From assembly GCA_903887455.1 (NCBI GenBank), contig CAISPT010000108.1, forward strand, positions 3,235 to 67,234: a stretch of DNA of 64,000 bases. Direction: 5' to 3'. This document shows positions 54,181 through 63,073 of the stretch, piece after piece; the first letter of the stretch is position 1, and every line of letters starts with the position of its first letter. The stretch comes from an uncultured Opitutaceae bacterium. GTDB taxonomy: Bacteria > Verrucomicrobiota > Verrucomicrobiia > Opitutales > Opitutaceae. Under the pieces are notes generated by a model that did no database searches, was not told the DNA's origin, and saw only the letters and a program-made list of their open reading frames with translations. The position numbers were made by a program, and so were the translations under genes.

Positions 54181-55307
54181 TGAGGCGCCTGGCCTGCCTT
54201 GCCGCCGCTGCCTTTTCGGCGGCCCTCGGCCTGCTGACCATCCTTCCGTCACCCGACTGGCTCAGCTGGAAGCTCTCGGTCGTAGCCGGGCAGTTCGGCT
54301 ACATGGTCGCCGCCGTCCCGCTTCTCGCCGCATGGGCGGCCTGGCGCCCGGCGCTCGGGCGCGGCCCCTTTGCCGTCGCCACGCTCGCGCTCTCGGGCGT
54401 TGCGGTCGTGCTCCTGGTGCAGCCCTGCTTCCAGGCCTGGTTCATTGCCCGGAGTCTTCCCGCCCGCATGGATCGCGAGTTTGGCCCGGGACGGGAGTCA
54501 TCTCGCGCCTTCACGTTCACCGGGCTCCTCAGGCCCTGGCCGGCGGCCGTCCCGATGAGGACCCTGGCCTATGCAGGCCCGCTCAAGCTGGACTTTTACC
54601 CGGCGTTCGGCCGCGCGCAGGCCCCGTGCGTCATCGTGATACACGGGGGCGGATGGAACGATGGCGACCGCGGCCAGCTGCCGCAGTTCAACGCCTGGCT
54701 CGCGCGCGAGGGCTACGCGGTCGCCGACATCTCCTACCGCCTCGCCCCGAAGTCGGTCTGGCCGGCCCAGCGCGAGGACGTCGCCGCGGCGATCGCGTTC
54801 CTGAAATCGGCATCCGCCTCCCTCGGGATAGACCCGTCGCGGCTGGTTCTCCTCGGAAGGTCCGCCGGGGGCCAGATTGCCGAAGCCTGCGCCTACAGCC
54901 TGCGCGACCCTTCAGTCCGCGGGGTCGTGGCGCTTTACGCGCCGGCCGACATGCGCTTCGCCTGGCTGTGGGGCCGGCCGGACGACGTGCTCAACTCTCT
55001 GGAGCTGCTGAGGGAGTTCCTCGGAGGCACCCCGGAGACGGCGGGCCCGGCCTTCGACAGCGCAAGCGGCTACCTGCTCGCGGCCCGAGGCTCCCCTCCG
55101 ACGCTCCAGGTCCACGGGACCATCGACACGCTGGTCTGGTCGCGCCAGAGCGAGCGCCTCTCCGCCCGCCTGTCGGAGCTTGGGGTTCCGAACCTGCTGC
55201 TCACCCTGCCGTGGGCGACCCATGCGCTGGAGTTCAACCTGAGCGGGCCCTCGGGCCAGCTCGCGTCCTTCGCGGTCAGGCGCTTCCTCGACTCGGTTTG
55301 CCGCTGA
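54180..55307 (+). CDS. Alpha/beta hydrolase (esterase/lipase fold-3) fused to an N-terminal ~4-TM membrane domain
   Basis: 375 aa from the internal ATG of track ORF 53919..55307; the start overlaps the bshA stop by 1 nt. Has hydrophobic N-terminal 110 aa, then VIHGGGWNDGD and GRSAGG motifs. Confidence 0.78.
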   Translation: MRRLACLAAAAFSAALGLLTILPSPDWLSWKLSVVAGQFGYMVAAVPLLAAWAAWRPALGRGPFAVATLALSGVAVVLLVQPCFQAWFIARSLPARMDREFGPGRESSRAFTFTGLLRPWPAAVPMRTLAYAGPLKLDFYPAFGRAQAPCVIVIHGGGWNDGDRGQLPQFNAWLAREGYAVADISYRLAPKSVWPAQREDVAAAIAFLKSASASLGIDPSRLVLLGRSAGGQIAEACAYSLRDPSVRGVVALYAPADMRFAWLWGRPDDVLNSLELLREFLGGTPETAGPAFDSASGYLLAARGSPPTLQVHGTIDTLVWSRQSERLSARLSELGVPNLLLTLPWATHALEFNLSGPSGQLASFAVRRFLDSVCR

Positions 55308-55358
55308 GTGTTCATTTGCGTTCGAGGGAAAGCGGTGCTCGGATCGCCAGGCCCGCAT

Positions 55359-55817
55359 ATGGACGACAAAACTCCAGTGGTCCGGCGCCTCGCGCTCAAG
55401 CCCAAGGAGATTGTCCCGACGGAGGGGCGCTCGCTGCCCGGGGACGGTACGGCCCTCTCCGTCGAGCTGATGCACAGCATGAACAGGAACGCTGAGGCCC
55501 GCGCGGCGCTGCAGCCGCGCCCAGCCGGGGGAAGCGAGTCGGAGGACCCCGAGGCGATCCGCGTGGCCGACATCCTCAGGCAGAACCTTGCGGCCCAGCC
55601 CGACCCTCGCGACACCCTGATCGCGATGCCCGAGAAGAGGGTCTCCCGCCGCCGCCGCGACTTCCTGCTCCTGCTTTCCTGTTCCGGCTCCGCCGCCCTC
55701 TTCATCTGCTTCATCTTCCGCGGCAACATGCAGATGGCCGGCCTGGCGCTCTCCGGGATCGCGATGCTGACCCTCATGCTGACCTGGGTTCTCTTCGGCG
55801 TGATGGAGCGCTACTAG
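55359..55817 (+). CDS. Small membrane protein, tandem paralogue 1 (152 aa; soluble N-terminus + RRRRDF + 2 TM)
   Basis: Internal ATG of track ORF 55308..55817. It shares MDD..P....L.LKPKEIVPT..R..PGDGTA.SV.L.H..NR, an R-rich patch, two TM helices and a C-terminal VM..Y with the next gene. Confidence 0.7.
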   Translation: MDDKTPVVRRLALKPKEIVPTEGRSLPGDGTALSVELMHSMNRNAEARAALQPRPAGGSESEDPEAIRVADILRQNLAAQPDPRDTLIAMPEKRVSRRRRDFLLLLSCSGSAALFICFIFRGNMQMAGLALSGIAMLTLMLTWVLFGVMERY

Positions 55818-55821
55818 ACCC

Positions 55822-56340
55822 ATGGACGATGAGAAGCCGAAGACGAGCCACCTGGTGCTCAAGCCCAAGGAGATCGTCCCGACCGACACGAGGGCCATGC
55901 CCGGCGACGGCACGGCGATCAGCGTCCAGCTGATCCACCAGCAGAACAGGCTGGCCGAGGAGCATTCGAAGAAGCGGGAAAGAAAGGGCCTCATGCTGCC
56001 CGGCCCCGCGGTTCCCCCAGGGTTCAAGGCACCGGAGTTCACGCCCACGAACCGTCCTGCGGGCCCCGGCGACCCGCCCGCCGTGAGCGTGCCGGAAATG
56101 CTTCTTGAGAACCGGATCGCGGAGGAGCGCTCGGGTTGGGGAAGGATCCGCAGGTGGGGGCGCAGGAAATCGCGCCGGACACGCGACTTCATCCTGATCG
56201 TGGGTGGCACCGACCTCCTGGTGATTGCGCTGATGCGCGCGATGCCCGGCGTGGTGACGATGGTTTATGGGGTGTCCGCGCTCGTTGTGGTGACGGTCAG
56301 CCTCTGCTGGGTGATGTTCGTCGTGATGGACGACTACTGA
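55822..56340 (+). CDS. Small membrane protein, tandem paralogue 2 (172 aa)
   Basis: Same architecture as 55359..55817, separated from it by only 4 nt. Confidence 0.7.
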   Translation: MDDEKPKTSHLVLKPKEIVPTDTRAMPGDGTAISVQLIHQQNRLAEEHSKKRERKGLMLPGPAVPPGFKAPEFTPTNRPAGPGDPPAVSVPEMLLENRIAEERSGWGRIRRWGRRKSRRTRDFILIVGGTDLLVIALMRAMPGVVTMVYGVSALVVVTVSLCWVMFVVMDDY

Positions 56341-56431
56341 GGGACGGACCGCCCCGGAAAATTAACACCTGCCGCTGCCTAAGCCTAAAGATCCGGCTGG
56401 AACCGGGCGGCAAGCGCGCAATCATGCGGCT

Positions 56432-57823
56432 ATGCGCGCTTCGGTTTGCCTTTCCCTTGCACTAGCCTGCGGGCTGCAGCTCGCCCCGACGGCCGCGTTT
56501 GCTCAGGCGGACGCAGGCCCGGTCGAGGCCCTTGCGGCCAAGCTCCCAAAGGATGTGGGTGACGCCGCCCGCAAGTGGCTGCGGGACGACGCCAAGGAGC
56601 TGAAGGCGTTGGCGGCCTTCTCCCCCGAGCAGCTTGAGCAGGAGGTCGTGGTCGCCTTGGCGAGCGAGCCCGCCGCCGCCGATTTTGTGCTGGGTAAGTT
56701 GCCCGCAGAGAAGCCTGCGACCGACCTCCTCGTCCTGCACGTGGTCGGGAATGACGCGTTCTGGGCCGACCATCCGGGCACCCGCGAGGCCCTCCAGCGC
56801 CTCGCCGAGTCGACACCCGACAACGACCTCATGCTCGCCTGCCTTGACACCGAGCGGAAGCTGGAGGCGAAGGCCCTTCGCAGGGTGATCGCGGACCGGA
56901 TAGCCGCGGCCCGCAAGGCCGGCGACACAAAGTCCCTCGCGCAGCTGGCCGCGGCCGACGAGCGGTGGATCCTCGTTGAGCGCGGGGCTTCGATGCCCGC
57001 CTTCATGAGGAAACCCCCGGCCCCCTTCAGGGTCGGAGCTGAGGCGGCGTCGGTCAGGGTGGTCGGGATGGGCGACTTCGGGTCGGGCACGCAGTCGCAG
57101 AGGGACGTCGCCGCGGCGATCGTGGCGCTTGGCCGGGCGGAGCCCTTCGGCCTTGGCATCACCTTCGGCGACAACTTCTACCCGACGGGAATGACCGGCA
57201 CGGACGACCCCCGATGGAAGGACTGGTGGGAGGCGCTCTACGGTCCCCTCGGGATCACGTTTTACCCGTCGCTCGGCAACCACGAGTGGTATTCCGACGA
57301 CGGCGCCGCCGCGGAGCTCGCCTACAAGAGCGCGACCTGGCGCTTCCCGGCGCCCTACTACACCTTCACCGCCGGCCCGGTTCAGTTCTTCGCGATCGAC
57401 ACGACAGAGATCTCCGAGGCGGAGGTGCTCTGGCTCGACCAGGCGATCGCGGCAAGCACGGCGCGTTGGAAGGTCGTCTACGGGCACCACCCGATCTTCG
57501 CGCCGGAGCGTAACGCCAAGTCGGGCACCTACATGCTCTACATGCAGGCCCGGCTCTGGCCGGTCCTCAAGGGTAGGGTCGACGCCTACCTCTGCGGGCA
57601 CCAGCATGCGATGGCGCACATGAGTCCCCGAGACGGGGTCCATTTCTTCATGAGCGGCGGCGGCGGGGCCCCGCTCGGCAAGGTGGCGAAGAACTCCCCG
57701 GGCGCCGTGTTCGCCGAGTCGCGCTTCGGTTTCCTGACGCTCGACGCGGACGTCGCGCGGATGGTGATCGGGATCTACGACACCGACGGCAAGCCGTTCG
57801 ACTCGGAGACGATCACCAAGTAG
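56432..57823 (+). CDS. Secreted metallophosphoesterase (purple/tartrate-resistant acid phosphatase-like) with ~190-aa N-terminal helical extension
   Basis: 463 aa with a signal peptide. Has calcineurin-like motifs GDFG, GDNFY, GNHE, GHHP and GHQH in the canonical order. Confidence 0.82.
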   Translation: MRASVCLSLALACGLQLAPTAAFAQADAGPVEALAAKLPKDVGDAARKWLRDDAKELKALAAFSPEQLEQEVVVALASEPAAADFVLGKLPAEKPATDLLVLHVVGNDAFWADHPGTREALQRLAESTPDNDLMLACLDTERKLEAKALRRVIADRIAAARKAGDTKSLAQLAAADERWILVERGASMPAFMRKPPAPFRVGAEAASVRVVGMGDFGSGTQSQRDVAAAIVALGRAEPFGLGITFGDNFYPTGMTGTDDPRWKDWWEALYGPLGITFYPSLGNHEWYSDDGAAAELAYKSATWRFPAPYYTFTAGPVQFFAIDTTEISEAEVLWLDQAIAASTARWKVVYGHHPIFAPERNAKSGTYMLYMQARLWPVLKGRVDAYLCGHQHAMAHMSPRDGVHFFMSGGGGAPLGKVAKNSPGAVFAESRFGFLTLDADVARMVIGIYDTDGKPFDSETITK

Positions 57824-57834
57824 GGCCTCAGGCG

Positions 57835-58293
57835 CTACTTCGCGCCGTCCTCGACGCCGCCGTCCAGCACGGCCTTCCACGCCCCCGACAGCTGGCGCTT
57901 CCAGATCGTCACGTAGGTGCCCCTCTTGATGTAGGGCTTCGGCCCGTACTTGGGAAGGGGAACGGTGAGCGTGTAGTGGCCCCAGGTGTAGCCGAGGTCA
58001 CCCTCCGAGGAAACGTCCACAAAGGCCGGCTCCCAGGTGAGGGTCGCCGTCGCCGGAAGTTGGGCGTAGAGGTTCTTGATGCCGTCGGCACCCTGCAAGG
58101 TCTCGCCGAGGAGCTTCCCGTCGCCGGCCATGAAGGCGAGGAACGCGGCCTTTGGGCCGTCCTTGCGCGACGCCGCCTCGAAGGCGCGGTCCGCCGCGAG
58201 GACCTCGGCCTTCGCCCGAGTCTCCTTCGACTCCGAGCAGGCGGAAAGGAGGGCGAGGGCGGGGACCATGACGGCAAGCAGGCGCAGTTTCAT
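57835..58293 (-). CDS. NTF2-like (DUF4440/SnoaL-type) lipoprotein
   Basis: 152 aa from the internal ATG of track ORF 57835..58530. Has lipobox LLSAC. The cone-like fold signature is AADRAFEAAS...G....W.P....VS..GDLGYTWG.Y. Confidence 0.65.
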   Translation of the reverse strand: MKLRLLAVMVPALALLSACSESKETRAKAEVLAADRAFEAASRKDGPKAAFLAFMAGDGKLLGETLQGADGIKNLYAQLPATATLTWEPAFVDVSSEGDLGYTWGHYTLTVPLPKYGPKPYIKRGTYVTIWKRQLSGAWKAVLDGGVEDGAK

Positions 58294-58379
58294 GGGGATC
58301 GGTGGGCAAACTGCGCCCGCGGGACCGGTTGCGCAAACCCGAAATGGGCCCGGCCCCCAAAGGGACCGGGCCCGCCGCG

Positions 58380-60512
58380 CTATTTCTTCGGGAGCGCGAA
58401 GGCGACGTAGCTGTCGCCGCTCTTCGTCCCCAGCTTGCCGCCGCCGCAGGCGATCACGACAAACTGGCGCCCGCCGGCCTCGTAGGTCGCGGGCGTCGCG
58501 TAGCCTGCCGCCGGCAGCTTGGCTTCCCAAAGCGTGCGTCCTGTGCGCTGGTCGAACGCCCGGAACATCTCGTCGCGGGTGGCGCCAATGAAGACCAGGC
58601 CCCCTCCGGTCACCAGGGGTCCGCCGTAGTTCTCGGTGCCTGTCGGCGGGATGCCCTTTGCCACGAGCTCGGGGTAGACGCCGAGCGGCACCCGCCAGAG
58701 GTACTCACCGGTGTTCAGGTCGATTGCGTTAAGCGTGCCCCAGGGCGGCTTGATCGCGGGGTAGCCGTCGGGGTCGAGCCACCGGTTGTAGCCGGTGTGG
58801 GTGTAGGGCGGCGGCACGAAGCCGTTCTGGTCCTTGTCCGGAACGTAGGTGTTCCACTCGTTCAGATGCCCCTCCTCCTTGGGGGCCTTGTCGCCGACCA
58901 GGAAGCCGACGACCGCCTTGCGCTGGACCTCGGTCAGGAACCCCCAGGACGGCATCACGGCTCGGCCCTTGGTGATCACCTCCATGATCTGCTCCCGCGT
59001 GAGGCGCGTCTTCACGTCGACAAGCGAGGGGATGTTGCCCACAGCGTTGCCCTTGCGGTCCGCCCCGTGGCAGCCCGTGCAGTTCTGCAGAAAGACCTGC
59101 TCGCCGAGCGAGGTGGCGCCGCCGGTCTCGATCATGCTGAGGATCCATGGCATCTCGGCCTCGTTCACGTAGAGGACGCCCGCGGGGTCCGCCGCGGCCC
59201 CGCCCCACTCGGCACCGCCGTCGAAGCCCGGGAAGATGATCGTGCCCTCCTTGCTCGGGGGGCCGAACGGGACATGCGGCCTGACCCGGAAGAATCGCTC
59301 AAGGACGGCGCGGTGTGCCTCGGGGGTGCGGTCCGTGACCTCATCGACCGTGAACCGCTGGCGCGTGAACGGGGCGGGCTTCAGCGGCAGCGGTTGGGTG
59401 GGGGAAACGACCTCGCCCGCCAGGTCCGAGCTCGGGACTGCGATCTCTTCGACCGGGAAGAGGTGCTCGCCGGTCTCGCGGTTGAACACCCAGACGTGGC
59501 CGCTCTTGGTGACCTGCGCCACGGCGGGAATGTCCCTGCCGTCCCTGTGGACCGTCAGGAGCGTCGGCGGGGCCGGGGGGTCCCGGTCCCACAGGTCGTG
59601 ATGGGTGAACTGGTAGTACCAGACGAGCTTGCCGGTGGCGGCGTTGAGGACCACCAGGCAGTCCGCGTAAAGGTCGTTGCCCGGGCGGGCGCCGCCCCAG
59701 AAGTCGAAGGTCGCCGAGCCGATCGGGCAGAAGACCAGTCCGCGCTCGTCGTCCACGGTCATGCCTGCCCAGGCGTTCACGCCGCCAATCCGCTTCCATG
59801 CGTCCGGGGGCCAGGCCTCGTAGCCCGGTTCCCCGGGGTAGGGGATAGCGTGGAATATCCACTCCAGCTCGCCCGTGCGCACGTTGTAGGCGCGGACGTG
59901 CCCGGGGGCCGCGGGTCCCGGGCCCTCCCCGCACCGGGTGGAGAGGATGATCAGGTCCTTGTAGATGACGCCGGGCGTGTTCATCTGGATCGCGAGCCCG
60001 GTGACGTCACGGCCCAAGCCCTCGGAGAGGTCGACGCGGCCCAGGTACCCGAAGTCGCCGATCGGGCTGCCCGTCCTCGCGTCGACGGCGTAGAGCCACT
60101 GGCCGTTGCCGTAGAGGATCCTGCGCTCCTGGCCGTCGGTCCAGAACGCGAGGCCGCGGTTGACCCCGTTCGGGTCGATCGGCTCGAAGCGCCAGAGCTC
60201 CTTGCCGGTGGCGGCGTCGAGCGCCACGAGCTTCATCGCCGCCGTCGTCGCGTAGATCACCCCGTCGATGACCAGCGGGTTGCACTGGATCTGGGAGCTG
60301 TCGGGGCGAGCGTCCCCGGACTTCCACGTCCACGCCACGTCGAGCTGGGAGACGTTCGCGGGTGTCACTTGGTCGAGGGTCGAATAGTGGCTTGCGGCCT
60401 TGTCGCCGAGGTAAGCGGGCCAGTCGGCCCCCGCGGCCGCATGCAGGTGCGGCGACTGCAGGCACAGGGCGATGGCGCTGGTCAGTCCGACGATGATCTT
60501 GGGGTTTCGCAT
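58380..60512 (-). CDS. PQQ-dependent dehydrogenase (8-bladed propeller) with an internally inserted mono-heme cytochrome c domain
   Basis: 710 aa from the internal ATG of track ORF 58380..60737. Has a signal peptide and the propeller start DWPAYLGDKAASHYS.L.QV...NV..L..AW. CTGCH is at nt 59067-59081, flanked on both sides by propeller sequence. Confidence 0.82.
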   Translation of the reverse strand: MRNPKIIVGLTSAIALCLQSPHLHAAAGADWPAYLGDKAASHYSTLDQVTPANVSQLDVAWTWKSGDARPDSSQIQCNPLVIDGVIYATTAAMKLVALDAATGKELWRFEPIDPNGVNRGLAFWTDGQERRILYGNGQWLYAVDARTGSPIGDFGYLGRVDLSEGLGRDVTGLAIQMNTPGVIYKDLIILSTRCGEGPGPAAPGHVRAYNVRTGELEWIFHAIPYPGEPGYEAWPPDAWKRIGGVNAWAGMTVDDERGLVFCPIGSATFDFWGGARPGNDLYADCLVVLNAATGKLVWYYQFTHHDLWDRDPPAPPTLLTVHRDGRDIPAVAQVTKSGHVWVFNRETGEHLFPVEEIAVPSSDLAGEVVSPTQPLPLKPAPFTRQRFTVDEVTDRTPEAHRAVLERFFRVRPHVPFGPPSKEGTIIFPGFDGGAEWGGAAADPAGVLYVNEAEMPWILSMIETGGATSLGEQVFLQNCTGCHGADRKGNAVGNIPSLVDVKTRLTREQIMEVITKGRAVMPSWGFLTEVQRKAVVGFLVGDKAPKEEGHLNEWNTYVPDKDQNGFVPPPYTHTGYNRWLDPDGYPAIKPPWGTLNAIDLNTGEYLWRVPLGVYPELVAKGIPPTGTENYGGPLVTGGGLVFIGATRDEMFRAFDQRTGRTLWEAKLPAAGYATPATYEAGGRQFVVIACGGGKLGTKSGDSYVAFALPKK

Positions 60513-60727
60513 GGGGTAAGGGGTCTCCGTCGCGAGCCGTCTGACGATCGGGTTTGGCAAAGGTTGCGTCTCTCGGGGCGGCGGGTACGGACCGTTTCCC
60601 CTCCCGCCGCCGCGGAATTGAGCATGGTTTGCGGACCGAGGCCAAGACTTGAAACGTGCCGCGGCCCGAATTTCCCGCCCCGCCATGGGCGCTTGCCCTT
60701 CCGGGGCCGCGGGGCTTTCCTCCTCCC

Positions 60728-63073
60728 ATGAAATCACTCTGGGCGGCCGGCACGGCCGCGGCGTGCACGGTCGCGATGGTTTCCGTTTCGTCGGCGGCCG
60801 ATGCGCCGCTGACCGGCTTCAAGGGTGCCTCAGGCGCGGCGGAGCTCCGGGCCGAGGCTTCCTTCGACGGCGCCATCGACGCGGCGGATATGCGCTCGTG
60901 GATGCAGCAGATGGCCTCCGCCCCCAACCAGGTGGGCTCGCCCCACGACAAGGCGAACGCGGACTTCACGCTCGCCAAGTTCAAGGAGTGGGGCTGGGAC
61001 GCCAGGATCGAGACATTCGATGTGCTCTACCCGACCCCCAAGTCGGTCGTCCTGGAACTCGTCGCACCCGTGGCCTACAAGGCGGTCCTGAGCGAGCCGG
61101 CCATCGCCGGGGACAGCACCTCCGAGCACCCGGTGGGCGGCCTTCCCCCTTACAATGTCTACAGCGCGGACGGGGACGTGACCGCGGAACTCGTGTATGT
61201 GAACCACGGCAACCCAGAGGACTATGTCGAGCTGCAGCGCCGAGGGATAGATGTCGCCGGCAGGATCGTGATCGCACGCTACGGGACTTCCTGGAGGGGA
61301 CTGCGGCCGAAGCTCGCGCACGAGCACGGCGCCATCGGGTGCATCATCTACTCGGACCCGCACGAGGACGGCTATTTCGTGGGGGACCCCTACCCGAAGG
61401 GCGGCACGCGGCCCGACTCCGGCGTCCAGCGCGGCTCGGTGGCCGACATCACGCAGTACTCGGGCGACCCGCTGACGCCAGGCGTGGGGGCGACCGCCAA
61501 GGCCAAGCGGCTCGCGGTTGCTGACGCCCCGACGATCCAGAAGATCCCGGTCCTGCCGATCTCGTACGGGGACGCGCTTCCCCTGCTCTCTGCTCTCGGG
61601 GGCCCTGTGGTGCCGGAGCCCTGGAGGGGCGCGCTACCGATCACCTACCACTTCGGGCCCGGACCCGCGAAGGTGCACCTGGCGGTGTCCTCCGACTGGA
61701 GCCTGAAGACCGTCTACGACGTGATCGCGGTGATCCGTGGAGCGACCTACCCCGACCAGTGGGTTATCCGCGGTAACCACCACGACGGGTGGTTCTTCGG
61801 CGCCTGGGACCCCCTTTCAGGCAATGTGTCGGAGATGGCCGAGGCCAAGGCGATCGGGGCCCTGGCAAGGGCGGGATGGAAGCCCAAGCGAACGATCGTG
61901 TACGCCAGCTGGGACGGCGAGGAGCCCGGTCTCCTGGGCTCGACGGAATGGGCGGAGACCCACGGCGATGAGCTCCAGCGCAAGGCTGTCCTCTACGTGA
62001 ATTCGGACACCAACGCCCGCGGGTTCCTCTTCGCGGGCGGAAGCCACGCCTTTGAGCACCTGGTGAACGAGGCGGCGGGCGCGGTGGCGGACCCGGAGAC
62101 GGGCTCGAGCGTCATCGAGCGCCTCCGGGCCGGAGTCCGGCTGGGCGGCAACCCGTTGCGCGACGGCGCGGCGCGGGAGACCATGCGCCTTGCCGCGGAC
62201 GCGGGGACCGACCTGCCCCTCGAGGGATTGGGCTCGGGCTCGGACTACACCCCTTTCCTCCAGCATCTGGGGATCGCCTCGGTCAACCTGGGCTTCGGGG
62301 GGGAGGACTCGGATGCCGGGATCTACCACTCGACGTACGACTCGTTCGACCACTTCGTGCGCTTCGGCGACCCCAAGTTCGACTACGAGGTGGCCCTCGC
62401 CCGGACGGCGGGGCGCCTGGTCCTGCGCACCGCTGACGCCGACGTCCTGCCCATGAGGTTCGGGGCCCTCGCCCGGGCCGTTGAGGGCTACGCGGGCGAC
62501 ATCGCCAAGCTCGCCGACGACGAGCGCGAGGACGCAAGGCGCGTGCAGCGGCTGATCGACCAGGGCGCCTACCGGCTGGCCGCCGATCCCCAGGAGCGCT
62601 ACGACCCGCCAAAGGCGCCCGGGGAGGTCCCCCAGATCGACTTCACCTCCCTGAAGGCGGCAGCAGCCCGCCTCACGAAGAGCGCCACGGCCTACGACGA
62701 GGCCTTCGACCGCGCCACCGGCAATGATTTCCGGCTGCCGCCGGCCGAGGTCGCGCGCCTCAACGAGCTCCTCCAGGGGATGGAGCAGGCGCTCTGCGCG
62801 GCGAAGGGCCTGCCAGGCCGGGACTGGTACAGGCACATGCTCTACGCCCCGGGCCGGCTCACCGGGTACGGGGCAAAGACGATCCCGTCGCTGCGCGAGG
62901 CCGTGGAGGACCGGAGCTGGACCACTGTCGCCGAGTACATGCCTGTCGTCACGGGGGTCCTGGGCGATGCGGCGGCCCGACTCGACCAGGCCGCCACCCA
63001 GCTCACCCCCCGTCTTGGCGTGGGACAAGCTATGCCGTCGGTCACGCCACCACCACCACCCGACGGCCTATGA
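60728..63073 (+). CDS. M28-family metallopeptidase, glutamate carboxypeptidase II / NAALADase-like (PA domain + TfR-like dimerisation domain)
   Basis: 781 aa from the internal ATG of track ORF 60656..63073, with a signal peptide. The block RGNHHDGWFFGAWDPLSGNV...ASWDGEEPGLLGSTEWAE parallels human GCPII. The C-terminal LPGRDWYRH block is also present. Confidence 0.85.
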   Translation: MKSLWAAGTAAACTVAMVSVSSAADAPLTGFKGASGAAELRAEASFDGAIDAADMRSWMQQMASAPNQVGSPHDKANADFTLAKFKEWGWDARIETFDVLYPTPKSVVLELVAPVAYKAVLSEPAIAGDSTSEHPVGGLPPYNVYSADGDVTAELVYVNHGNPEDYVELQRRGIDVAGRIVIARYGTSWRGLRPKLAHEHGAIGCIIYSDPHEDGYFVGDPYPKGGTRPDSGVQRGSVADITQYSGDPLTPGVGATAKAKRLAVADAPTIQKIPVLPISYGDALPLLSALGGPVVPEPWRGALPITYHFGPGPAKVHLAVSSDWSLKTVYDVIAVIRGATYPDQWVIRGNHHDGWFFGAWDPLSGNVSEMAEAKAIGALARAGWKPKRTIVYASWDGEEPGLLGSTEWAETHGDELQRKAVLYVNSDTNARGFLFAGGSHAFEHLVNEAAGAVADPETGSSVIERLRAGVRLGGNPLRDGAARETMRLAADAGTDLPLEGLGSGSDYTPFLQHLGIASVNLGFGGEDSDAGIYHSTYDSFDHFVRFGDPKFDYEVALARTAGRLVLRTADADVLPMRFGALARAVEGYAGDIAKLADDEREDARRVQRLIDQGAYRLAADPQERYDPPKAPGEVPQIDFTSLKAAAARLTKSATAYDEAFDRATGNDFRLPPAEVARLNELLQGMEQALCAAKGLPGRDWYRHMLYAPGRLTGYGAKTIPSLREAVEDRSWTTVAEYMPVVTGVLGDAAARLDQAATQLTPRLGVGQAMPSVTPPPPPDGL

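Noticed and set aside
60555-60567. Sigma-54-like TGGCA...TTGC upstream of the PQQ dehydrogenase / M28 peptidase divergent pair
   Set aside because: The GG-to-GC spacing is 10 nt instead of the required 12. No enhancer-binding protein gene is nearby.
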